Shown one piece after another: positions 50,927 to 58,904 of a stretch of DNA of 64,000 nucleotides. The position numbers and the translations under genes are program-made. The notes beneath the pieces are model-generated. The model ran no database searches. It was not told the DNA's origin and saw nothing but the letters and a program-made list of their open reading frames with translations. The DNA is taken from positions 32,001-96,000 of the forward strand of contig CAXXWC010000015.1 in the NCBI GenBank assembly GCA_963668645.2, in the 5' to 3' direction. Each line of letters opens with the position of its first letter. The stretch's first letter is position 1. The stretch is from Desulfobacterales bacterium (GTDB lineage Bacteria > Desulfobacterota > Desulfobacteria > Desulfobacterales > UBA2174).

Positions 50927-52231
50927 TCATGACGCCATGTATCGCTCGATATTTTCGGCCAGCCTGTCCACCAGTTTCCGGAAGCGGTCCTCGTCGGGTT
51001 CCAGCAGCGTCATGCGGAATCCCTGAAGTTCGGTGCTGAAAGAGGTCAGGGGAACCAGGCAGATGCCGCTTGCCCCCAGAAGGTAATAGACCAATCGTTT
51101 GTCCGGCTGCACATCTGGGCCACAAACCAGTTCCTCCACCAACCCGCGAACCTTTGCATTTTCGATGGGCAGGGCCTGTTTTTTGTTGAGGCATCCGTCT
51201 TCGAACACGACGCTCATGTAGAAAGCGCCATTGGTGCGGTTTGCCATGACACCGGGAACGGCCTTCAGCCGCTGAAAGGCGATGTCGGAGAATTTCCGGT
51301 AGCGATCCCTCCGCTGTTTCAGGAATTGCGGATATTCCGGATGCTGGAAAATTCTGGGAATGGCCATCTGGGGGAGCGTCGTGGAGCAGACCTCCACCAT
51401 CTTGGCGTTGAGAATGCTCTGAATGTACCGGCTGAAAAGCGGATCCTTTTCCCGGTTGTACACTTCGATCCAGCCGCACCTGGCGCCTGGCCACGGGACC
51501 TCCTTGGAGATTCCCTTCATGGAGATGGCCGGAACGCCGTTGATGATCGTGGACAGCGGAGCCGTCTTCGGCCCGTCGAAGGCCAGGTTCAGATAGATTT
51601 CGTCGGCGATGATGAAAAGATCGAACGCCTCGGCAATGGAGACAATTTCCCGAAGCAGCGATTCCGGATAGACCGCACCGGTGGGGTTGTCCGGATTGAT
51701 CAGCAGGATCCCCGACACGGCCGGGTTGTACTTCACCCGTTTTCGAAGTTCATTCAGGTCCGGAAACCAGGAATTTTCCGGATCCAGCGGATAGGATACC
51801 GGCGGCAACCCGGCATGGGCGGCTTCCGACGAGGAGTGCGTCGAGTAGGTCGGGGTGGGCGTGATGACGCGTGCGGTCCTTCTCAGAAAGCCGTAGATCT
51901 TCGTGATGGCGTCCCCCAGTCCGTTGAAAAAAATGATGTCTTCCGGGCCAATCTGCGCCCCTCCAGCGGCATTGGTCCGCCCGGCCAGAAATTTTCGGGT
52001 TTCCGGATCCCCCTGGGTGGAACAGTATCCGTAGGAGCTGTTTTTCCAGCTGAGATCGGCGATGATCTCTTTCATCCAATCGGGTACGGCCTCCCCTTTG
52101 GAGACGGGGTCTCCGATGTTTTCGAAATTGACCTCCATGCCCATGGCCTGCAGACTTTCCGCAATGCCGACGATCTTTCTGATTTCATAGGTCAGTTCCC
52201 GTGCGCCGAAATGTACGATGTCCGTTCTCAT
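50927..52231 (-). CDS. PLP-dependent class I/II aminotransferase, AlaA-like
   Basis: YEIR...NIGDP (compare AlaA YDIR...NIGNP), INPDNPTG, DEIY, GISK...GARCGW. Confidence 0.85.
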   Translation of the reverse strand: MRTDIVHFGARELTYEIRKIVGIAESLQAMGMEVNFENIGDPVSKGEAVPDWMKEIIADLSWKNSSYGYCSTQGDPETRKFLAGRTNAAGGAQIGPEDIIFFNGLGDAITKIYGFLRRTARVITPTPTYSTHSSSEAAHAGLPPVSYPLDPENSWFPDLNELRKRVKYNPAVSGILLINPDNPTGAVYPESLLREIVSIAEAFDLFIIADEIYLNLAFDGPKTAPLSTIINGVPAISMKGISKEVPWPGARCGWIEVYNREKDPLFSRYIQSILNAKMVEVCSTTLPQMAIPRIFQHPEYPQFLKQRRDRYRKFSDIAFQRLKAVPGVMANRTNGAFYMSVVFEDGCLNKKQALPIENAKVRGLVEELVCGPDVQPDKRLVYYLLGASGICLVPLTSFSTELQGFRMTLLEPDEDRFRKLVDRLAENIERYMAS

Positions 52232-52295
52232 GTCAGTCCCGATCCTTTCCAGCTTTTTCCAAGGCGCCGATTCCGTTTTCCCTTGCAGCCGGAAT

Positions 52296-52322
52296 AAAAA
52301 AGGCTGCGAGGTTTTCGCAGCC
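52296..52322 (-). terminator. Intrinsic terminator 2 in the aminotransferase leader
   Basis: GGCTGCGA-AAACC-TCGCAGCC followed by T6. Confidence 0.85.
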
Positions 52323-52329
52323 CGGTGAC

Positions 52330-52361
52330 AAAAAAGGCTGCGGGGAATCGCCCGCAGCTTT
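52330..52361 (-). terminator. Intrinsic terminator 1 (attenuator 3:4)
   Basis: GCTGCGGG-CGATTC-CCCGCAGC followed by C and T6. Confidence 0.85.
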
Positions 52362-52379
52362 GAAGGTTTTATTTGGAAT

Positions 52380-52487
52380 TTAGCGTATCATTCCCCCATT
52401 CAAGACAACGGGCCGCCCGGCTGCGCACGCCGCGGCGGCGCATATAGCTCGTTCGGCTTCTCTGGCTGTCTTGTGGAGGTGGTTCAT
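52380..52487 (-). CDS. Ala-rich leader peptide, 35 aa (MNHLHKTAREAERAICAAAACAAGRPVVLNGGMIR)
   Basis: GAGGA RBS before ATG 52487; 9 Ala codons; TAA ~20 nt before terminator 1. Confidence 0.75.
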   Translation of the reverse strand: MNHLHKTAREAERAICAAAACAAGRPVVLNGGMIR

Positions 52488-52534
52488 CCTTGTTTCCTCG
52501 GTTTTCTTAAGGTTTTCGTAACTCGTGAGACCAC

Positions 52535-52563
52535 CCTCTATCACAGTGGAAACGGATTGTCAC
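52535..52563 (-). promoter_or_regulatory. Candidate leader promoter GTGACA-N17-TAGAGG (TGn extended -10)
   Basis: Spacing 17; ~50 nt upstream of the leader ATG. Confidence 0.4.
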
Positions 52564-52659
52564 TCTTAATTCCGGCTTCGCCCAGGTTGACCGCATTTGT
52601 GGTATGACGGGACATTCTCAAACTTTTAAATTATCAAAGGCTCGCTCATCAGTACCTAA

Positions 52660-52691
52660 GCTTTCCTGGGGTCGTGGCTTTCCTGGGGTCG
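52660..52691. repeat. 15-bp tandem direct repeat GCTTTCCTGGGGTCG x2
   Basis: 52660-52674 and 52677-52691, just beyond the reconstructed RAYT stop. Confidence 0.8.
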
Positions 52692-52825
52692 CACCAAACT
52701 AACATTTTGTTATTACAAATTAAAGCTTCCCAATACGTGGGAGAAATGGCCCTATATGGCGGTGGTCCCCAAAAACTGGACAATGGTGTAAGCTCTAAGT
52801 CAGACCGAAAAAGGAGGATCTGACT

Positions 52826-53107
52826 ATGAGTACCAAACGTCGACAGTACAAACCCGAATTCAAGGCCAAGGTCGCCTTGGCTGCCTTACGCAATGAGCAA
52901 ACACTGGCTGAGCTGGCCAAACGCTTCGATATCCACCCGACCATGATCAGCACCTGGAAAAGGGAGCTGCTCGACGGGGCCGCCGACATCTTCGAGAAGG
53001 GGCGCAGAGGCAAGCAGGTCACTGATGTCCAGGTCGGCGAACTGTACCGCCAGATCGGCCAGCTTAAGGTGGAAAACGATTTTTTATCACGCAAGCTCGG
53101 CTCCTGA
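52826..53107 (+). CDS. IS3 transposase OrfA (HTH)
   Basis: KRRQYKPEFKAKVAL; slippery T TTT TTA at 53080-53086. Confidence 0.9.
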   Translation: MSTKRRQYKPEFKAKVALAALRNEQTLAELAKRFDIHPTMISTWKRELLDGAADIFEKGRRGKQVTDVQVGELYRQIGQLKVENDFLSRKLGS

Positions 53108-53127
53108 AGCGCGACCTGCGCCGTGAT

Positions 53128-53964
53128 ATGATCGATCCATCTCACGAGAAGCTGAGCATCGTACGCCAATGTGACATGCTGAACATTTGCCGTTCCTCAT
53201 TTTACTACAAATGCAAGCCGATCAAGCCCGAGGACCTGGCGCTGATGCGCCTGATTGACGAACAGTTCCTCAAGACACCGACCTGGGGCAGCCGCAAGAT
53301 GGCCGATTGGCTCTGGCGGCATCATGGCATGAAAAAGAATCGCAAGCGGATCCAGCGCCTGATGCGACTGATGGGCCTTAAGGCGATCTACCCGCGGCCA
53401 CGAACCACACAGCCTCATCCCGGGCATAAAGTCTATCCGTACCTGCTGCGAGGTGTGGCCATCGAGCGGCCCAACCAAGTGTGGTCGGCCGATATCACCT
53501 ACATCCCGATGCGCCGGGGCTATATGTATCTTGTGGCCATCATTGACTGGTACAGCCGAAAGACGCTGTCCTGGCGCGTGTCGAATACGATGGAGGCCGA
53601 CTTTTGCGTCGAGGCCCTGGAAGAGGCCCTGGCGCGCTATGGCAAACCACAGATTTTCAACACCGACCAGGGAGCCCAGTTTACCAGCACGATCTTTACT
53701 GAGCGGCTCAAGGACCACCAGGTGGCCATCTCCATGGACGGCCGGGGCCGCTGCCAGGATAACATCTTTATTGAACGACTGTGGTGGACACTGAAATACG
53801 ACTACATCTACCTACACGCTTTTGACAACGGAAACGAACTTCGCCGGGGGCTCGATAAGTGGTTCTCGTTTTACAACCAGGAGCGCCCTCATCAAAAACT
53901 TGACGGCAGAACACCGGATGATGTTTATTACGGTTTGCCTGCCACCATGGCTGAGGCTGCCTGA
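53128..53964 (+). CDS. IS3 transposase OrfB (DDE, -1 frame relative to OrfA)
   Basis: WSADITY, NTDQGAQF, DNIFIERLW. Confidence 0.92.
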   Translation: MIDPSHEKLSIVRQCDMLNICRSSFYYKCKPIKPEDLALMRLIDEQFLKTPTWGSRKMADWLWRHHGMKKNRKRIQRLMRLMGLKAIYPRPRTTQPHPGHKVYPYLLRGVAIERPNQVWSADITYIPMRRGYMYLVAIIDWYSRKTLSWRVSNTMEADFCVEALEEALARYGKPQIFNTDQGAQFTSTIFTERLKDHQVAISMDGRGRCQDNIFIERLWWTLKYDYIYLHAFDNGNELRRGLDKWFSFYNQERPHQKLDGRTPDDVYYGLPATMAEAA

Positions 53965-54035
53965 TGCCCGGATACCAGAACCGGCTTGGAGCTTATTCTA
54001 CCAACCAGGCTGTCCAAATAATTGGGTCCACCGCC

Positions 54036-54786
54036 TATCGCTATTTTTACCCTCGGAAATCGTATTATATGGATTCACGACTTCTCTGAGTTCATATCCA
54101 GCATCGCTTGATCGAACACGGCGGCCGCGCGCCGATGCATGCATTTGCTGTTTAATCGATGTCAAAAAGTTTTCACTGCCGACCGCAATAGATTCTGTCC
54201 ATCGTGATTCCCTAACGCTGGACAATTGGGTAACAGCCGCTTCCACCCAGCCGTAATGAGCCTCCTGAAAGCTGGCAAAATCTTTGAAACCAGCGAGTCG
54301 AAACAGCTTCTCGTAATCGATGAGGATATTTTTCCGGCGGGGTAATTGTATCTCAATGTAACCGCCGTGTTTCCAGTCTTTGGGATGGGCAACAACTCCA
54401 GCGCGAACCATATTCATGTCTACATAGACAATACACTGAAGAAGGTGCTCACCCCTTTCGACTATTGTCGCATGATATCGATCTTCCCAATAGGCACCCT
54501 TCCTGCCTTTTCGTTGGTTGTATTCTTGGCCTGTTCTTCCCGCTACAAGTTGAATTGAACTTGGAATCGTCTGATCGCCACGATGATCATAGAGAATCAA
54601 ATGAATATGATTGGACGTCACCGTGTAGTTGAGAATCACCAGCCCATACCGTTTTCGCGCTTGATACAGCCACTGCAACCAACGATGCCGATCCCGGCCC
54701 AACTTGAGCAAGAATTCCCGTTTGTGACATCTATGGGTCACGTGCCAGATATGACCTGGAACGAAATGTCGATGAGCCCTGGCCAC
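54036..54786 (-). CDS. RAYT-like Y1 (HUH) transposase; last ~12 codons displaced by IS3 to 52720-52757
   Basis: WHVTHRC, SNHIHL HUH motif, YWEDRYHA, YVDMNMVRAG. Confidence 0.85.
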
Positions 54787-54869
54787 TTCAATCTCCTATA
54801 TGGACGATTTCGCTTTCAAAAAACGCAATATAGCCCGATTTTTGGACCATTATTATCAGCTTATATTTT

Positions 54870-54930
54870 TCTTATCGGTGCGGTGAGCAGCGGCAGCTTT
54901 TATGCCGTCTGCTCAACTGCTTGGTTGGGC
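54870..54930 (-). other. attC site of cassette 2 (R' degenerate: GATAAGA)
   Basis: R'' GCCCAAC complements the cassette start GTTGGGC; TGAGCAG.CGGCA / TGCCG.CTGCTCA arms. Confidence 0.75.
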
Positions 54931-55995
54931 CTCTTTCTTGGGATAGATATCTCTAAATATAGCTAAAGGATAAATAGAAACATTCGGATATCTGTCAAAT
55001 TTTATAAATTTTTCAAGTCCATCGAACCCCCTAAAAAGGCCTCTAAATGCTGATTCGAATCCCATTGGATCGTCTTGTTCATCTTCAGGTGTATGTTCTT
55101 CAAATTCTTTCATAGGATCGAATGGATGTTCACTTTTAGGAGGAATTGATGTTATCAAACCAAAAAGGGTAAGTTTTACATTAGGCCTTGATGTGTATGC
55201 AAAATCAGTAAAGCGTGAATCTCCATCAACGAAGCTATTCCTCTTTAAAGTTGCTTTTAGATGAAAACTTTCAAAATCGTCAAATGGATAAATATGGAAG
55301 TAAATGACATCTTGTATAAAAGTGTCCACCCAATGAGAGAAGCCATCAATTATCCACTGGTCCACTTTTCCTCCTAAAGAATCTTCAAGCTGACCTTCTA
55401 TAAGTTTTTCTAAATCCTTGATTTGTGATTTCGTCCTTGCCTTTTGATTTCGGTCTTTCTCTTTTTTCATTTTATTTTTTGCATCTTCTATTTGAATCTG
55501 AAGCTCCTTGTACTCAGGACTATCTTTTATTGTTGATTTAGCACTATGCCTTATGAAATCCATTAGGGTATTATGCCGCTGCGCTACCACCTTCATCTTT
55601 TCATAATCTTCAAAGATCGGCCAACCAGTGCATCGAACATAAAAAGACTCATTAAATATTTTATTGGCCTCACCAGATTCTATCTCCTTCACGCTTATAG
55701 AATCGTTTATGTCAATGGCATAACCAGTTTCGAAAAGAAGCTGTTCAACTCTGTTAAACAGGTCATGATGCATCACCCTAGATTCTACCATTTTAGAACT
55801 TTTCTTTTCAGCTCCACCAAACTCTGGAGTAAATATTTTTAAATCATATTTTCTGATATTTCGCTGGTCCTTTTCACTACCGGTTTCCACTTCAGTGCCA
55901 GTAACTAATCCACCGGTTAATTGGCTAAAAATGGACGCAACTTTAGGAAGATCTAAATATAAATAGTCTCTAATATGTTCCATGTTATTTTCCAT
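54913..55995 (-). CDS. Integron cassette 2: hypothetical protein with central coiled coil (DUF6414-like N-terminus)
   Basis: AT-rich ORF between two attC sites; IRDYLYLD..V.S..SQL start; start at 55995 or 55983. Confidence 0.75.
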   Translation of the reverse strand: MENNMEHIRDYLYLDLPKVASIFSQLTGGLVTGTEVETGSEKDQRNIRKYDLKIFTPEFGGAEKKSSKMVESRVMHHDLFNRVEQLLFETGYAIDINDSISVKEIESGEANKIFNESFYVRCTGWPIFEDYEKMKVVAQRHNTLMDFIRHSAKSTIKDSPEYKELQIQIEDAKNKMKKEKDRNQKARTKSQIKDLEKLIEGQLEDSLGGKVDQWIIDGFSHWVDTFIQDVIYFHIYPFDDFESFHLKATLKRNSFVDGDSRFTDFAYTSRPNVKLTLFGLITSIPPKSEHPFDPMKEFEEHTPEDEQDDPMGFESAFRGLFRGFDGLEKFIKFDRYPNVSIYPLAIFRDIYPKKEAQPSS

Positions 55996-56003
55996 TTTTT
56001 ATG

Positions 56004-56088
56004 GCCCAACGCCAAGCTAAGCGGCGCAAAGGGTGGAGCGACCGCAGGGAGCGGAACCCTTTGCGTCCGCTTGAGCGACGGGTTATGT
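56004..56088 (-). other. attC site of cassette 1
   Basis: R'' ACATAAC ... R' GTTGGGC; arms AAGCGG.CGCAAAGGGT / ACCCTTTGCGCCGCTT with an extrahelical base. Confidence 0.9.
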
Positions 56089-56130
56089 GGCTTCACCCGT
56101 ATCTTCAATTTTTTATCGGTCTTCAGACTT

Positions 56131-57156
56131 TTATGTGTTCTCATTCATTCCAATTGACAGCGGTAATTGATCGCCCGGTTTAGGAAATGCTACTTTCATA
56201 TGGTCATTGAATGTTTTCCAGTCGGGCGAAATTCTCATAATAGCGACTAATTGCAGCAAGTGATCCCTTAAATCTTGCTGACCAATATCCTCGGACAGAA
56301 ACTGGTGATGCTTCCACTTTCTTCTACCAGTGCCTTCGACAGTTGGATTGCGATCTTGTAATTCTTCGAGCACACCTTGTGGCAGCCTTTCATATACAAT
56401 TTTATTTGTAATTTTGCCGACCATTGGAGTTCTCTTGCCGCTATTCGGCCATTCCCAGTTTTTTAAACGATAAATTTCTTTATAAAATTCATCGGGAAAT
56501 CTTTTTGCCCATTTCAAGCGTTCTTCCGAAAGATATACAGCCAGCAACTTATGCAGCTCGTCTCTATCTCTTTCGGCTTGGTATCCAGTTGCCTCATCAA
56601 CAAGGGCAACAACACCGACATGGGCGAGCCCGCGCATTAAAATTTCAGCGTTTTGTGCGCGATTTAATTGTTGCTGCTGTAACATTCCAGCCTCGCGAGC
56701 TTTAAGCCAGATATCGCAAATCGTAGGGAGTATTTCAGCTGCATATCCGGTAACGGTCAGCCTGCCGCTCTTATACTTAATAGGTTTAAGGGGCCCATCA
56801 ACTAACTCCCTTTTAATAAAGGAAGAAAGCCGACTAGGTGCAAGAAAAATAGGCAAAGGGGCCCCATCTGTATCAGAAGCTTTTTTGATTCTTTTGGATG
56901 CGCCGCTCCTTGATCCAAGGGCAGTATTGATTCCGTTTTCAGTGATAACCCTAGTGCCATTGTCTAACACCGCACAAGGAATAACAATATCACCGATTCG
57001 TAGCTCCCCTTTGTGTGTTGCTTTTGGTATTGGTGATTCATATTCCATGGCCCACCGTTTTTTTGCAGCGTTTGAAGCTATCGACGCCCTTTCTTCTTTG
57101 GACAATTTTTTTGCGCGTTCTTTTCCACCAATTGATTGTTTCGTTTTCTGCTCCAT
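56131..57156 (-). CDS. Integron cassette 1: P63C-domain protein
   Basis: IPCAVL..GTRV, LAHVGVVALVDEATGYQ, FPDEFYKEIYRL, KHHQFL; GGAGG RBS. Confidence 0.85.
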   Translation of the reverse strand: MEQKTKQSIGGKERAKKLSKEERASIASNAAKKRWAMEYESPIPKATHKGELRIGDIVIPCAVLDNGTRVITENGINTALGSRSGASKRIKKASDTDGAPLPIFLAPSRLSSFIKRELVDGPLKPIKYKSGRLTVTGYAAEILPTICDIWLKAREAGMLQQQQLNRAQNAEILMRGLAHVGVVALVDEATGYQAERDRDELHKLLAVYLSEERLKWAKRFPDEFYKEIYRLKNWEWPNSGKRTPMVGKITNKIVYERLPQGVLEELQDRNPTVEGTGRRKWKHHQFLSEDIGQQDLRDHLLQLVAIMRISPDWKTFNDHMKVAFPKPGDQLPLSIGMNENT

Positions 57157-57202
57157 AATAACCTCCATTTTAGTAAGCATGTCATTACAGAGCTAATATA
57201 TA

Positions 57203-57226
57203 TGCTTGCATGTGATCTTGCAAGCA
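57203..57226 (-). promoter_or_regulatory. Cassette-internal operator TGCTTGCA-N8-TGCAAGCA overlapping a TTGCAA-N17-TATATT promoter
   Basis: Perfect 8-bp inverted repeat between attI and the P63C start. Confidence 0.6.
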
Positions 57227-57270
57227 CTTTTTTTAATCATAAATAATCATGCTTTCTTAGATGGGCGCAA

Positions 57271-57300
57271 CACATAACAGTTGTAATAGATGGAAAATTT
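57271..57300 (-). other. attI site (crossover G|TTATGTG at 57278)
   Basis: GTTATGTG complements CACATAAC at the cassette 1 attC; located upstream of intI; left boundary approximate. Confidence 0.75.
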
Positions 57301-57431
57301 TGCTTGCTATTGCCCCTATAGTATGCTAATTTTTCCAGCTAACAATACCATTGCTGGGTAAAACATGGAAAAATTCGCTTAAAATTTTCCATGTTTTGAA
57401 TTTCCTCGTTTCCTGATATTAAGTGTAAAAG

Positions 57432-58430
57432 ATGGAAAATAAGCCCCGATTTACTCCTGACCCCGACCTTAAACTCATGGACCAGGTACGGCAGGTCCTG
57501 CGCTACTACCACTACGCCTACCGCACCGAAAAGACTTACTGCGATTGGATTCTGCGTTTTGTCAAATATCACGGCTCAAAAATCCATCCCAAGGACATGG
57601 GCAAGAACCATGTCGAAGCATTCTTGAGTCATCTGGCCACCAAGGAACGGGTAGCAGCCGCAACCCAGCGCCAGGCGCTTAATGCCATTGTCTTTTTATA
57701 TCGGGACGTTTTGCTAAAACCGATCGAGGGCCAAATTGCCCCGATTCGGTCCAAACGCCATCCTCACGTACCGGTGGTCATGACCCAAGCCGAGGTCAAA
57801 CGCGTGCTTTCTTTTATGAGCCGCACCCACCTGCTCATGGCCAAGTTGCTTTACGGCAGCGGATTACGGCTTATGGAATGCGTTCGGCTTAGGGTTCAAG
57901 ACCTTGATTTTGACAAGGGCATCATCTACGTGCGTCATGCAAAAGGTGGAAAGGACCGAGTTTCACTCTTCCCCAAAGTTTTGCACGTTGAACTACAAAA
58001 CCATTTGCAAAGAGTCAAAGAACTCCATTCTCAGGATCTTGTGACCGGTCACGGCGAGGTTTACCTGCCCGATGCCCTATCCCGCAAATACCCTAAGGCC
58101 GGGAAAGAATTTCGCTGGCAATATGTTTTTCCCTCCAAAAATCTCTCTACCGATCCGTATACCGGGGTGTTGCGCCGCCACCATGTTATGGAATCCGGCC
58201 TCCAAAAGGCGGTCAAAATCGCAGTGGAACGGGCTGGCATCACAAAACGGGTCAGTTGCCACACCTTTCGGCACTGCTTTGCCACCCATCTGCTGGAAAA
58301 CGGTGTCAACATCCGGCAGGTCCAGGAATTGATGGGCCATTCGGACGTGAAAACCACCGAAATTTACACTCACGTGATGGACACTAACTTGGCAGCCGTT
58401 GCAAGTCCTCTTGATAACGGAGGATTTTAA
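57432..58430 (+). CDS. intI: Integron integrase
   Basis: [24 protein letters not shown] plus the integron-specific [10 protein letters not shown]...WQYVFPS insertion; divergent from the cassettes. Confidence 0.95.
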   Translation: MENKPRFTPDPDLKLMDQVRQVLRYYHYAYRTEKTYCDWILRFVKYHGSKIHPKDMGKNHVEAFLSHLATKERVAAATQRQALNAIVFLYRDVLLKPIEGQIAPIRSKRHPHVPVVMTQAEVKRVLSFMSRTHLLMAKLLYGSGLRLMECVRLRVQDLDFDKGIIYVRHAKGGKDRVSLFPKVLHVELQNHLQRVKELHSQDLVTGHGEVYLPDALSRKYPKAGKEFRWQYVFPSKNLSTDPYTGVLRRHHVMESGLQKAVKIAVERAGITKRVSCHTFRHCFATHLLENGVNIRQVQELMGHSDVKTTEIYTHVMDTNLAAVASPLDNGGF

Positions 58431-58625
58431 TCGCGCTGCACCGGCCAATCAAATGATCCACCAGCGATTAAGCCGCTTTTCCCAAGAATCAGCATGGGCG
58501 ATTCCGTTTGCCGCAGCGTTCTTACTATCGCGAAGTTAAGCGACTTTTAAACAACGCTCCTACTGACGGCCAGCGAAGGGGACCGGAACTCCCACGGCAA
58601 GACGGGATTGATATCTTTGATTACC

Positions 58626-58744
58626 TCGTAAAAAGTCCCATTTGCCTTTCGTACGTCATTCCTGCGAAAGCAGGAATCCAGTAATTACATAGGCTTTTGG
58701 ATGCCGGATCAAGTCCGGCATGACGGTTTCTGGACTTTTTACGA
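58626..58744. repeat. MITE/REP composite: 13-bp terminal IR enclosing two inverted CGTC-type palindromes
   Basis: TCGTAAAAAGTCC...GGACTTTTTACGA enclosing CGTCATTCCTGCGAAAGCAGGAATCCA and TGGATGCCGGATCAAGTCCGGCATGACG. Confidence 0.8.
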
Positions 58745-58904
58745 AAACATCATCTTTTGCCAGCCAAAACGGCAATACCATACAAAAAATATGAACATGC
58801 CTCAACAACAAAATATAGCGAATCGACAAATTAAGAAAGTTTATTGAAAAAGCTAAAAATCCTATCGCCCAACTACGGGATTCGAACGGAGAGGCAATTT
58901 CCCT

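Larger units (their letters stand above)
52758..54035 (+). mobile_element. IS3-family insertion sequence, 1278 bp, 3-bp TSD TAT
   Basis: IRs GGCGGTGGTCCCCAAAAACTGGACA / TGTCCAAATAATTGGGTCCACCGCC; TAT at 52755-57 and 54036-38. Confidence 0.92.

Noticed and set aside
52660..52691. Tandem repeat as a CRISPR remnant
   Set aside because: Only two 15-bp units with a 2-nt gap, and no cas genes.
53998..54035. RAYT C-terminus RWTQLFGQPGW as native sequence
   Set aside because: It is read from the IS3 right end; the native tail lies at 52720-52757.
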